NCBI GenBank assembly: GCA_965220275.1
Contig: CBDCPN010000019.1
Location: 89,036 to 153,035 of the forward strand
Direction of reading: 5' to 3'
Length of the DNA: 64,000 nt
Origin: Dehalococcoidia bacterium
GTDB taxonomy: Bacteria > Chloroflexota > Dehalococcoidia > Lucifugimonadales > Lucifugimonadaceae
Shown here: positions 10,033-19,630 of the stretch, piece by piece
How positions within the stretch are numbered: position 1 is the first letter of the stretch
Layout: the number at the start of each line of letters is the position of its first letter
Translations under genes and position numbers: made by a program
Notes under the pieces: generated by a model
What the model was told of the DNA's origin: nothing
Seen by the model: only the letters and a program-made list of their open reading frames with translations
Database searches by the model: none

Positions 10033-10959
10033 ATGAACAAGGCAGACAGCGAATACACGGCATACTTCAACGGCGAATGGATGCCGCTGAGCGAGGTCAA
10101 AATCCATCCGTTGGACTCAGGATTCACGGTTGGTGACGTGGTCTTCGACCTGGGTCGGACCTTCAGTGGCAAGAGCTTCCGCCTGAGGGAACACGTTGAA
10201 AGGCTCTACCGTTCGCTCAAGTTCGTCCGCATTGATCCCGGCATGTCGTTGGATGACATGATCGATCTGAGCGAGGAAGCCCTCCAGCGCAATGAACACC
10301 TCCGGGGTGAGGCTGAAGACCTGACTGTCAGGCAGTTCGTTACACGCGGGTTGGGCGCCGGCCGCCGGCGCCACCAGACATCAACGCCGACCGTCGGCGT
10401 GATCATCCAGCACGTCCAGTTCGGCGGGTTCGCGCACCTGTACGAGACCGGAGCGCACGGGGTCATAGCCCGAACCAGGAGCCACCCCGCCGAGACTATC
10501 GACCCCAAGATGAAGCACTACAGCCGGCTGAATTTCAACCTGGCGGAAATGGAAGCGGCTGACGTGGACCCAGACGGCTGGCCGATTCTCATGGATATGG
10601 ACGGGTACCTGACCGAGGGCACGGGGTACAACATGTTCCTCGTCTCGAACGGCGTGGTCAAAACTCCACAGGACAAGGCCATACTCCAGGGGGTGTCCCG
10701 AGGCATGGTGCTCGATCTTGCGGACCAACTCGAACTCGAAGCAGTCGAGGAGGACCTCCAGCCTTACGATCTCTACAACGCGGACGAGGCGTTCTTCACG
10801 GGCACCTCGCCTTGCGTGATGCCGGTCACGAAAGTGGACCACAGGCAAGTCGGCGACGGCCGCCCAGGCCCGATTACCAGCCAGCTGCTTGCGGCATGGG
10901 GCGAGTCGGTTGGTGTTGACATCGTCGGACAGGCGTTAGCCGGAGCAAAATCCGGTTAG
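10033..10959 (+). CDS. Class IV aminotransferase (branched-chain/D-amino-acid aminotransferase family)
   Basis: Motifs GFTVGDVVFD, EGTGYNMFLV and ILQGVSR are typical of fold-type IV PLP enzymes. GGAGG lies 5 nt upstream of the ATG at 10033. Confidence 0.85.
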   Translation: MNKADSEYTAYFNGEWMPLSEVKIHPLDSGFTVGDVVFDLGRTFSGKSFRLREHVERLYRSLKFVRIDPGMSLDDMIDLSEEALQRNEHLRGEAEDLTVRQFVTRGLGAGRRRHQTSTPTVGVIIQHVQFGGFAHLYETGAHGVIARTRSHPAETIDPKMKHYSRLNFNLAEMEAADVDPDGWPILMDMDGYLTEGTGYNMFLVSNGVVKTPQDKAILQGVSRGMVLDLADQLELEAVEEDLQPYDLYNADEAFFTGTSPCVMPVTKVDHRQVGDGRPGPITSQLLAAWGESVGVDIVGQALAGAKSG

Positions 10960-11001
10960 CCCACTTCGGACATGGACGCATAGAGACCGGGGACTTTGGT
11001 C

Positions 11002-11077
11002 TGGAGCGGCGGACGGGATTCGAACCCGCGACCCCCTGCTTGGAAGGCAGGCGCTCTGCCAGCTGAGCTACCACCGC
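11002..11077 (-). tRNA. tRNA-Gly (anticodon UCC), CCA encoded
   Basis: The reverse complement folds by hand into a 76-nt cloverleaf. Acceptor GCGGTGG/CCGCCGC, D arm GCTC/GAGC, anticodon stem CCTGC/GCAGG with loop CTTCCAA, T arm GCGGG-TTCGAAT-CCCGT. Confidence 0.93.
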
Positions 11078-11338
11078 GCCGTAGAAAGGTCTCTCGCACA
11101 TGCGTCGCCTGCGCAAGAATTGAGCCCGGATGAACCGGGCCTGAGTTCCAGCATAGTTGCGGGCGAAACCCAGGTCAACGCAAACGGTCCGCGGCCAGAC
11201 ACCCGTTTCGTATATGCCGCGTTGTCGACGACCTGACCCGCGCGAGTTCCACGCCTTAGACTCTATCCAATTGATGTCTGTTCCGCCTCGCGCCAGTGCG
11301 GGACTCCAATTCGAGGCCAGGATAATCCGGAGGTGAAC

Positions 11339-12112
11339 ATGCAACTCGCAGGACGTACAGCGCTGGTCACCGGCGCCAGTTCGGGAATCGGCCGGGCTAT
11401 TGCGATCGAGTTCGCCCGCGAGGGTGCGAACGTTGCGGTCGTAGATATTCGGGAAGCGCCCAAGCGCGGCATTTACCACGAACAAGACGTGACGACTACG
11501 ACCGCGCACGAGGTCGAACAACTCGGCGGCGAAGCGCAATTCCACGAAGTAGATGTGGCAGACGCCGGGCAACTTGGTCGCGCCATAGAAGCCACCGCGG
11601 ATGCGTTTGGTTCGTTAGACATCATCGTCAACAACGCCGGAATTCACGTACCCGCAGGCTTCGAGGAACTTCCGATCGAAGAGTGGGACAGGATCATCGC
11701 TGTCAACCTGCGTGCGGCGTACATTGGAATCAGGTCCGCCATTCCCCATCTCAAACGGTCCACACACGGCCGGATAATCCAGATCGGCTCGATCCATGGA
11801 TACGGCGGCGGACTCGGCCCTGCGTACCCGGCCACTAAGGCAGGCGTGACCAACATGGTCCGCGACGCGGCCGTCGAACTCGGGGCGCATGGCATCACCG
11901 CCAACACGATTTGGCCCGGCTATATCGAAACGGCAATCCAGGACTATCTCACCCCGGAAGACATCGCCGCGTACGAAGCTTCGGTCCCGCTCCCGCGACT
12001 AGGGTTACCGAAAGACATAGCCCGCGCGGCGGTCTTCCTGGCATCCGACGACGCAGAGTGGATTACAGGCGCCACTCTCGTCGTAGATGGCGGACACCTG
12101 GCCCGTACCTGA
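11339..12112 (+). CDS. SDR-family oxidoreductase (classical short-chain dehydrogenase)
   Basis: TGASSGIGRAIA Rossmann motif, NNAG motif, and YPATK for the catalytic Y-x3-K. GGAGG lies 5 nt upstream of the ATG at 11339. Confidence 0.9.
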   Translation: MQLAGRTALVTGASSGIGRAIAIEFAREGANVAVVDIREAPKRGIYHEQDVTTTTAHEVEQLGGEAQFHEVDVADAGQLGRAIEATADAFGSLDIIVNNAGIHVPAGFEELPIEEWDRIIAVNLRAAYIGIRSAIPHLKRSTHGRIIQIGSIHGYGGGLGPAYPATKAGVTNMVRDAAVELGAHGITANTIWPGYIETAIQDYLTPEDIAAYEASVPLPRLGLPKDIARAAVFLASDDAEWITGATLVVDGGHLART

Positions 12113-12267
12113 CCGAATCACCCGAATACGGGGTACGCGTGAGGTTGGCCCAACGAACCGGCGGGGATCCGACCGACAGCGCTTAACCGGTCCACCGTAC
12201 CTGAGCGGGGTTGTAAAATCCGGTGCGGCATCTTGACATCAATGCAATTAGGCATCATGATGTCTAC

Positions 12268-12525
12268 ATGAGAACTACACTAACGCTCGACGACGACATA
12301 GCGCGCTCCCTCAAAGAGCAGGCCAGGCTTCTCAACAAGCCGTTCAAGCAGGTGGTGAACGACACGCTGCGCCGCGGAATTTCGCCAGCAGTGGGGGAAA
12401 CGCGCGCCACGTACCGAGTTAAACCACTTAACGGCGGATTCGCCCCGGGCGTCGATCCGGAAAAGCTGAACCAGCTTAACGACGAGTTGGAGGTCGAGGA
12501 CTTTCTCCGGACCGACGCCGGGTGA
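12268..12525 (+). CDS. vapB: Type II antitoxin, VapB-like (ribbon-helix-helix type)
   Basis: 85 aa. MRTTLTLDDDIARSLKEQARL is a typical antitoxin N-terminus. Its stop overlaps the start of the downstream PIN-domain gene. Confidence 0.75.
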   Translation: MRTTLTLDDDIARSLKEQARLLNKPFKQVVNDTLRRGISPAVGETRATYRVKPLNGGFAPGVDPEKLNQLNDELEVEDFLRTDAG

Positions 12526-12947
12526 TAGTCCCCGACATCAACCTGCTGCTTTTCGCCCATAACGCCGGCGCCGAACAACACGACTCCGCAAGGCGGTGGT
12601 GGGAGGACCAGGTCAACGGCCCAATCAGCATCGGGCTACCGTGGGTCGTGACGACCGGCTTCATAAGGCTGCTCACCCACCCGAGGGTGCTCGACCGTCC
12701 CGCAACGCCCTCTCAGGCGATCGACTTTGTTGAAGAGTGGTTCCAGTTCCCCCACGTGACACCCATCAACCCAGGCGTCGACCACCTGTCCCGCGTCCGG
12801 CAATTCCTGGTCGCCGCAGGCGTCGGCGGTAATTTGACGACCGACGCCCACATCGCGGCGCTCGCCATTGAGTACCAGGCAGAAGTCCACTCCAACGACC
12901 GCGACTTCGGCCGGTTCCCCGGCCTGCGTTGGCGCAACCCCCTCTGA
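12522..12947 (+). CDS. vapC: Type II toxin, PIN-domain ribonuclease VapC
   Basis: 141 aa with PIN acidic residues in the expected places (VPDINLL, TDAHIAALA, SNDRDF). There is a 4-nt overlap with the antitoxin gene. Confidence 0.85.
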   Translation: MIVPDINLLLFAHNAGAEQHDSARRWWEDQVNGPISIGLPWVVTTGFIRLLTHPRVLDRPATPSQAIDFVEEWFQFPHVTPINPGVDHLSRVRQFLVAAGVGGNLTTDAHIAALAIEYQAEVHSNDRDFGRFPGLRWRNPL

Positions 12948-13009
12948 CAGTCGAAGACGCAACGCCCCTGCTTTCGCTACGCCTTTCCGGTGCGGGGCTG
13001 CCGGGTCAA

Positions 13010-14032
13010 CTAGACAGAAATGCCGGGGAAGAGCACCCACATCGGCTGTTGGCCGACGTACGCCGTCGTCAAGTGTGTGAGGCGCCCGGACGACGGGTCG
13101 ATTCGGTACGAAGCCAGTTCGCCGGATACTTGCCCGCCAACGAGCATGCACGAGCCTGAAGGATCAATGCCAAATGCGCGCGGTGTCTGAAGTGTGGGCT
13201 CTGCGCCCAGGTAGGTCAACGAACCACCATCGCCATCCACCGCGTACATCGCGATGCTGTCATGTCCGCGGTTGGACGCGTACAAGTTGCGGCCCGACGG
13301 GGTCATCCAGATCTGAGCGCACGAATTTTGGCCGTCAAAGCCACCTGGAAGGGTGGAAACGGTCTGGAAGGGCGTCAAAGTCCCCGCAGCGAGATCGAAG
13401 TGGTAGGCCGTGACGCTCGAGCCCTGCTCATTGTCGAAGTAAACGAATCTCCCATTGGGATGATACGCGTAATGGCGGGGACCGAGACCGTCCGGCTGAT
13501 CGACACGGGGCGGTTCGTTGTCGGACAGGAGTCCGGATTCGGGATCAAACAGGTACTGGAATATGGTATTTGACTCACCCACGTGAGGCAGAAATGTGTA
13601 CCTGTTCGTCGCGTCCAGGTTTATGCAGTGGGCCTTGGGGAGGGTATTCCTCCACAAGACGGGGTCGGGCAGTAGTTTCCCGGCTTCGTCGATAGCGTGC
13701 ACTGAAACAGCGCCTGCCGTGTAGTAGGCGGCCAGAAGGAACCGCCCTGCCCTGTCCGTGGAAATGAAACAGGGGTCCGAGACCAGATCGATCGACCCCA
13801 GGTGTTCGAGTTGGCCGTCGGTGGGATCGACGGCAAAAGTCGACATCTCGTTTACGGTTCGCCTGGCCGCATACAGCCGGCGACCATCCGGCGAAAGGGC
13901 GAGGGGGCCGGGGCCGCCGGGCGCTTGGGTTTCGCGAACTACTTCAAACTCGCCGCTGCTGCAATCAAGCGCGAGCGTTGCTATTTTGTCGTCGCCCGAC
14001 AGTGAGACATACGTGATCAGCCGGGATTCCAT
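13010..14032 (-). CDS. Lactonase-family 7-bladed beta-propeller protein (6-phosphogluconolactonase/YbhE-like)
   Basis: 340 aa with repeated blade motifs (GPRHYAYHPNGRFVY, RAFGIDPSGSCMLV) characteristic of the lactonase/muconate-cycloisomerase propeller family. Confidence 0.8.
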   Translation of the reverse strand: MESRLITYVSLSGDDKIATLALDCSSGEFEVVRETQAPGGPGPLALSPDGRRLYAARRTVNEMSTFAVDPTDGQLEHLGSIDLVSDPCFISTDRAGRFLLAAYYTAGAVSVHAIDEAGKLLPDPVLWRNTLPKAHCINLDATNRYTFLPHVGESNTIFQYLFDPESGLLSDNEPPRVDQPDGLGPRHYAYHPNGRFVYFDNEQGSSVTAYHFDLAAGTLTPFQTVSTLPGGFDGQNSCAQIWMTPSGRNLYASNRGHDSIAMYAVDGDGGSLTYLGAEPTLQTPRAFGIDPSGSCMLVGGQVSGELASYRIDPSSGRLTHLTTAYVGQQPMWVLFPGISV

Positions 14033-14073
14033 GGGTGTCCGCCTCTAACGGTTAAAACGTCGCGCGGGCCGCG

Positions 14074-15804
14074 TTACTCTGCGACTAACTGGTACTGATC
14101 GGCCGCCTTCCCGCCGGCGGGCAGTCCGAGAGGCATCTTGACGTCCAGCAATAGCGGCCTGCCCTCTTTTTCGACGGTTTCAAGGCCGTCGGCCACTGCG
14201 GCGCCAATCTTCGCTTCGTCATCCACTCGAATTCCCTCCACGCCGAAGGACTCCGCCAGCCCTACAACGTCGATTCCGTCCAGCACGACGCCTTCATAAC
14301 GGCCGCGCTTGTTCATCTCCCCTCCGGCCCCGTCGAACGCGCCCGCCACGATGCCGTAAGACCCGTTGTTGGGGACTACGTACAAGACCGGAATCCGGTG
14401 ATGGGCCGCCGACCAAAACGCCGAATCTGCGTAGTACACGGAACCGTCCCCAACGAGCCCTATCACGGGCAAGTCGGGAGCCGCCAGCTTCGCGCCGAGT
14501 GGGGCTCCCATACCGTAGCCCTCCGATCCTCCTGCGGGACGTATGTAGGTGACCGAACCGCCGTCCTCTTTGGCGTTGACGCACTCCAACGGTACTGCGA
14601 ACTGCTCAGTCGTTATCAGGCCGCCACCCGCTTGCTCAAGCGCGGAATCGATCGCGTCAAGAAGTGCAATGGGGCCGACCTGCCCGGAATCGAGGGCCTT
14701 GGGCTGCAACCGACTCCTGTGGGCCGCCTTTAGCGACGCTGCCTGTTCACGCGCCCATTCGCGCCTATCGTCGTAGCGGTCCGGTTCGAACTCGCTGCGT
14801 ACCAATTCGTTGAGCCGTTCAACCGTTCGCTTCTCATCCGCGTATACCGCCAGGTCCAGTTGAGGGATGTTTTTGAAGACGTCTACGTCCGACCCTATTG
14901 CAACAACGCTCTTGGCGCTGTCGAAAACATCGAAGTCACCTGCACTGCCGCTGCCACCGTGTCTCACGCCTATGCAGACAATGTGATCGGGGTTGAGATC
15001 AGCCACGGGTCCGCGGAAATATCCGCAGTGGAGCGGATGTGCGGGCGAGACACCTCTCAGGTCACCCCACATGGTTGCCACCGACGCACCAAAGTGTTCC
15101 GCCAGGGCGGTCACTGCCTTTTCACCGCCACTCTTCCATACACCGTCGCTGACGTAAATGAGCGGCCGCTCTGCTTCATGTAGGCCGCGCGCCAGCGCCT
15201 CCAGGTCGTCGTCCGACGGGTACCCCGCCCTTACGTCTCTGTCTGCGCCGTCGACAAGCCGGGTTGTCACCTCTTCGGTGCCAAGCATCCGATCGTAGAC
15301 GGCAAGGTGCACCGGCCCCATCGGCGGCGTGGTAGCGACCAGAATTGCGCGTTCTATCGCCGACGGCAGCCCCTCCGGCTCGATGACCGTCCAGTTGGCC
15401 TTCGTGAACGGCGCCGATATTAACGTGGGTCCGGCGTTGTGGCTTATGTCCAGCGCGACGCGGTCTGCAAAGCTGCCGGTATCTCCATGAAACGTCAGCA
15501 CCACCATGGGCAGGCCGCCGTTCCATACGTTGATCAACTGCCCCAGGCACTGGGCGAGGCCGGAGCCAAGGTGGACGGAAATTACTGACGGCTCTCCCCA
15601 TGCCTGGGAATATCCGCCAGCCATGGCCGTGACGGAACCTTCGTGCAACGCCAGGATGCCGTGGACCCTGTCATTCGCGTAAAGGGCGTCGAAAAACAGT
15701 GCTTCGCGGGAACCGGAGTTGTAGAAGAGGTGCTTGATTCCTGAGCGGGCAAGCTGCTCGACGATGATCTGCGACGGGTTACCGGTAAAGGTTTCGACGG
15801 CCAT
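14074..15804 (-). CDS. Thiamine-pyrophosphate-dependent enzyme (acetolactate synthase/benzoylformate decarboxylase-like)
   Basis: 576 aa with a three-domain ThDP layout. The C-terminal ThDP motif is GDGSVYY...VVPNNGSYG. Confidence 0.85.
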   Translation of the reverse strand: MAVETFTGNPSQIIVEQLARSGIKHLFYNSGSREALFFDALYANDRVHGILALHEGSVTAMAGGYSQAWGEPSVISVHLGSGLAQCLGQLINVWNGGLPMVVLTFHGDTGSFADRVALDISHNAGPTLISAPFTKANWTVIEPEGLPSAIERAILVATTPPMGPVHLAVYDRMLGTEEVTTRLVDGADRDVRAGYPSDDDLEALARGLHEAERPLIYVSDGVWKSGGEKAVTALAEHFGASVATMWGDLRGVSPAHPLHCGYFRGPVADLNPDHIVCIGVRHGGSGSAGDFDVFDSAKSVVAIGSDVDVFKNIPQLDLAVYADEKRTVERLNELVRSEFEPDRYDDRREWAREQAASLKAAHRSRLQPKALDSGQVGPIALLDAIDSALEQAGGGLITTEQFAVPLECVNAKEDGGSVTYIRPAGGSEGYGMGAPLGAKLAAPDLPVIGLVGDGSVYYADSAFWSAAHHRIPVLYVVPNNGSYGIVAGAFDGAGGEMNKRGRYEGVVLDGIDVVGLAESFGVEGIRVDDEAKIGAAVADGLETVEKEGRPLLLDVKMPLGLPAGGKAADQYQLVAE

Positions 15805-15985
15805 TTGGCGATGTTCCTCCGCCCGGTGGTGCAGGTTGATTCACCGGACGCACGACTGGTTATGTAATTCGCAGTCTGACGACCGCGAAAGTTTATACGG
15901 GCCAACCAATACGCGGGCGGCGCACATCGCCTCTATATCCCTTGGCAGGCATCGTGCCCAGGTTGCTTCGGATGACGATACGCGG

Positions 15986-16669
15986 CTATTCGGCGCGTTC
16001 GGCAGACAGCCCGGGGTATTCGCGGACCGCGGTCTCGTAGGAGTCCGGTGTATTGATGTCGAGACGCACGACCCGGCTGTCGAACTCGACTTGGTTCATC
16101 CGGTCTGCGTGGCGCCTCACGACCTCCCGAATTCCCTGGTTGGCTTCCGTTATGTCCAGCAGTTCCTGCCTAAGTCCGGCGTCGAAAACCAGTGGGTGCC
16201 CTCCTCTGCCCTGGAACCGCGGCGACGTGACCCTGGCGCCCGCATCGAGGTGGCTCTCGACTACCCGCTTTATCACCCAAGCCGGGCGCGGCTGATCCAC
16301 GGCCAGTATGACGATCGCTGCGGCTGTCACGCTGACCGCCCTGACCCCGGCACGGACCGATGTAGTCTTGCCCGATCTGAATTCCGGATTTGGAACGACG
16401 CGGACACCGGACGCCTCCAGGAAGAGCCGCGCCACGGCGTCACCTCCAGCTCCGCTTACCACGCACACCTCGTCTATGCCGCCGCTTAGCAACGACGTCA
16501 CCTGGTACTGGACCAGGGTCGTCCCCTCCCAGGCCAAAAGTGGTTTGGGCCGTCCCATGCGGGTCGACTCACCGGCGGCCAACAGGACGGCCGCGACGCA
16601 GGGTCGCGCATCCGAATCGCCGGATGCGAAGGACGGACCGGTTTCGGGCACAGAACCCGGCGTGGGCAA
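15986..16669 (-). CDS. MocA-like nucleotidyltransferase (molybdenum cofactor cytidylyltransferase family)
   Basis: LLAAGESTRMGRPKPLL motif typical of MobA/MocA. Located adjacent to xdhC. The start codon is uncertain. Confidence 0.75.
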   Translation of the reverse strand: MPTPGSVPETGPSFASGDSDARPCVAAVLLAAGESTRMGRPKPLLAWEGTTLVQYQVTSLLSGGIDEVCVVSGAGGDAVARLFLEASGVRVVPNPEFRSGKTTSVRAGVRAVSVTAAAIVILAVDQPRPAWVIKRVVESHLDAGARVTSPRFQGRGGHPLVFDAGLRQELLDITEANQGIREVVRRHADRMNQVEFDSRVVRLDINTPDSYETAVREYPGLSAERAE

Positions 16670-16679
16670 CCGCCCGCTC

Positions 16680-17840
16680 CTAGTCGCCTACCGCTGCAGG
16701 GACCCGCTGCTCTTTACCGGAACGGCGTTCAAGGTTTTGCTGAATCCGCTCCAAGTACCTGTCCTCGAGCTTCATCGAGCCGCCGTCGCCGCCAAGACGA
16801 AATGCCAGTATTTCGGCCATGATGCTGATCGCAATCTCTTCCGGCGTGCGGCCGCCGATGTCGAGGCCGATTGGAGCGTGGACCGCCTTGACCCTTTCGA
16901 CGGGCCACCCGCGCTGGAGTAACTCTTCGTAAATCAGGATGGTCTTGCGACGGCTGCCCAGCAGACCTACGTAGCTTGCCGGAGTTTCCATGGCCGCGGC
17001 CAGCGCCGCGTCGTCGTAACGGTGCCCGCGGGTTGCAACCACGATGAAGGTGTTGGCGTTGATCGGCAGGCCGCGAATGGTCTCAGCGTACTCGCCCGAC
17101 CTGACGATCTCCGCCTCCGGAAACCGTTCGACGTTGGCGAACTCTTCTCGGTCATCTACGACGTACAGGCGAAAGCCCACGCTCTTTGCAACCGTCGAAA
17201 TGGCCTTGCTGACGTGGCCGCCACCCACCAGGACAAGGGTCGGGGGCGTGGTGAACGCCTCGATGAAGTACTCGACACCGTCGTCTGCCACGACGTAGTC
17301 GTTCTTGCCCATGGCCATCAGTTCCCGGGCGCGCCTGGCGGCCTGCCGGTCGAACTGATCGTCTCCCAACGTTCCGACGGTCTCACCATCCTCCCGCACA
17401 AGCATCTTGTCGCCCACACGGAACGACGATCCTTCGGGCGCGGCCATCATGTTGGCGATGGCAACCGGTTTCCCGCCTTCGTATGCCGCGACAACCTCTT
17501 CGGCAAAGTCAAGATAGTCCGCGGACCTTCGAATCGGATCAATCAGGAAGTACATGGTCCCGCCGCAGACAAGACCGTCCTGTGCCGCCAGGTCCTCGTT
17601 TAGTTGGTAGTCCCGCATCTCGGCGGCGCCGCCCCGCTTCATGAGTTCTTGCGCGGCAAACCAGATGTCGCCCTCGACGCAACCGCCACCAAGGGTACCG
17701 ACACCGGACCCGTCAGACCTCACCAGCAGCTTGGCGCCCGGTTTCTGCGGCGTGGACCCCGAAGTGCGGACGACCGTTGCAACGGCGACGGTGCGCTCCT
17801 GCTTGAGTTCTTCGACTGCTGCCCGGAATACTGGTTCCAT
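16680..17840 (-). CDS. XdhC/CoxI-family molybdoenzyme maturation factor
   Basis: N-terminal XdhC domain (VATVVRTSGSTPQKPGAKLLV, GGGCVE) and a C-terminal Rossmann part (LVLVGGGHVSKA). Confidence 0.85.
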   Translation of the reverse strand: MEPVFRAAVEELKQERTVAVATVVRTSGSTPQKPGAKLLVRSDGSGVGTLGGGCVEGDIWFAAQELMKRGGAAEMRDYQLNEDLAAQDGLVCGGTMYFLIDPIRRSADYLDFAEEVVAAYEGGKPVAIANMMAAPEGSSFRVGDKMLVREDGETVGTLGDDQFDRQAARRARELMAMGKNDYVVADDGVEYFIEAFTTPPTLVLVGGGHVSKAISTVAKSVGFRLYVVDDREEFANVERFPEAEIVRSGEYAETIRGLPINANTFIVVATRGHRYDDAALAAAMETPASYVGLLGSRRKTILIYEELLQRGWPVERVKAVHAPIGLDIGGRTPEEIAISIMAEILAFRLGGDGGSMKLEDRYLERIQQNLERRSGKEQRVPAAVGD

Positions 17841-18033
17841 GGAGCGGTTGCCCCTTCCTGGTCAATTCGTGGGCCGAAAGGCCGGAGCGTCACGGCATCG
17901 GGCAACGCTGACGCGGCGTCAATCCCGATCCATTCCGTACTGAAATGAGAATAGCACAGCGACGCCAAACCTCAGTTGAGGCAGCAAATAGCAAACCGTC
18001 AGGCCGATGAATGGACCGGCGGGTCCGGGAGCC

Positions 18034-19131
18034 TTATATCAAGCGGTGCGGCTCCAACGCCTCGTAGTTCAACTCGATGCCCAGGCCCGGCCGGTCGGGC
18101 GCGTACACGTACCCGTCCTCGATGGTGAGCGTTTCCGTGTACATGTTCCCGTGCATCGGGTCGACGGAGTCGCGGTAGTACTCGAGGATCAACCCGTTCG
18201 AGATCGCCGTCACCAAGTGGATGTGTACCTCCTGGGCGCCGTGGGGCGCGATGTCGAGATCGTTGGCCTGCGCCAAGGCGGCAACCTTCATGAATTCCGT
18301 TACACCGCCCATGATAAGCGCGTCGGGCTGCAGGATGTCCACGGCGCGGTGGTTGATCATGTCCCGGAAGCCGTACCGCGTGTACTCGTTTTCGCCAGCC
18401 GCTACGGGTACGGAAGTCGACTGCGTTATCTCTCGTTGGCCGATGTAGTCATCCGGCTCCACCGGCTCCTCGAACCAGAAGAGGTCGTACTTTTCTGCCT
18501 TGCGGGCAAACTCGATCGCCTGGTAGTGGCGATAGGCGTTGTTGGCGTCGACCATCACCTTGACGTCGGGCCCGACGGTCTCGCGCACGACGCGCACCCG
18601 TTCGACATCGTCGTTTATCGGGACCGCGCCGATTTTCATCTTCACTGCGCGGGCGCCGAGTTCCATGTTTATTTCCATCTCCTCGGCGAGTTCCTTCAGC
18701 CCTTTCCCTTCCTCGTAGTAACCGCCCGCGATGTAGGTGTCGATCTTGTTCGAAAACCCGCCGAGCAGCTTGTACACCGGTAGCCCGGCGATCTTGCCCT
18801 TGAGGTCCCACAAAGCGATGTCGATGCCCGATATGACTCGGGTCGAGATCCCGCGTCTGCCCACCAGCTTTGGACGCCACATTTCGTACCAATGGCGTTC
18901 GTTGTCCAGCGGGTCGCGGCCGATGAGCACCTGTTTCAGGTGGTCGAGCATGGCCACACCGACGTCCGGCGCGTCCTGGATGGAGGCGCCAATGCCAAGG
19001 CCGGACACGCCTTCGTCGGTCTCAATGTGAATAACGTTCAGCCCACTGTGGGTGTATGTGTACAGGCCGTTGGTAATCGGCACTGCCCTCGGCCATCGGA
19101 AAACCTCGGACCGGACATCGGTAATCTTCAA
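18034..19131 (-). CDS. Enolase-superfamily enzyme (mandelate racemase/muconate lactonizing/sugar-acid dehydratase-like)
   Basis: 365 aa. MKITDV... capping domain, then barrel motifs VMVDANNAY, FEEP and AAGE for the metal ligands. Confidence 0.85.
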   Translation of the reverse strand: MKITDVRSEVFRWPRAVPITNGLYTYTHSGLNVIHIETDEGVSGLGIGASIQDAPDVGVAMLDHLKQVLIGRDPLDNERHWYEMWRPKLVGRRGISTRVISGIDIALWDLKGKIAGLPVYKLLGGFSNKIDTYIAGGYYEEGKGLKELAEEMEINMELGARAVKMKIGAVPINDDVERVRVVRETVGPDVKVMVDANNAYRHYQAIEFARKAEKYDLFWFEEPVEPDDYIGQREITQSTSVPVAAGENEYTRYGFRDMINHRAVDILQPDALIMGGVTEFMKVAALAQANDLDIAPHGAQEVHIHLVTAISNGLILEYYRDSVDPMHGNMYTETLTIEDGYVYAPDRPGLGIELNYEALEPHRLI

Positions 19132-19408
19132 GACGCTTGCTCCATCCTTGCGTCGCGGGCAGGTTCACAGGCCCGCGGTGGTTAAGATGAGAGAATACTA
19201 CCGGCGTACTGGCGGCAATGAAATCGTCCGGCGCCCAACGTCGCGTGGCGGTTTGCTGGACGTCGGCCTTCGCGGCGAAGGAACGCTCCCAGGCAATAAC
19301 CCCCGGCGAGCAAACAGCGCCGAGATCCGACTGACTTTCGGATCAGGAGTCTCACGGTACGTGAATTCGGACCCGATTCATTGCATACTGTAATCAGTTG
19401 CCTTGCGC

Positions 19409-19484
<76 letters not shown>

Positions 19485-19630
19485 AAGTGTACGGTTGACA
19501 GAACAGTCTTCGAACTCTGGCTCGGGGGTCTGTAATACCCGGCACCGCAGCTCCCGCGGCCCACGCCGGTTCTGTACGTTGGTAAGCTCTCTAGCGTGAG
19601 GGCCCGGCGCCACCAGGAGGAGGTCCAGCC

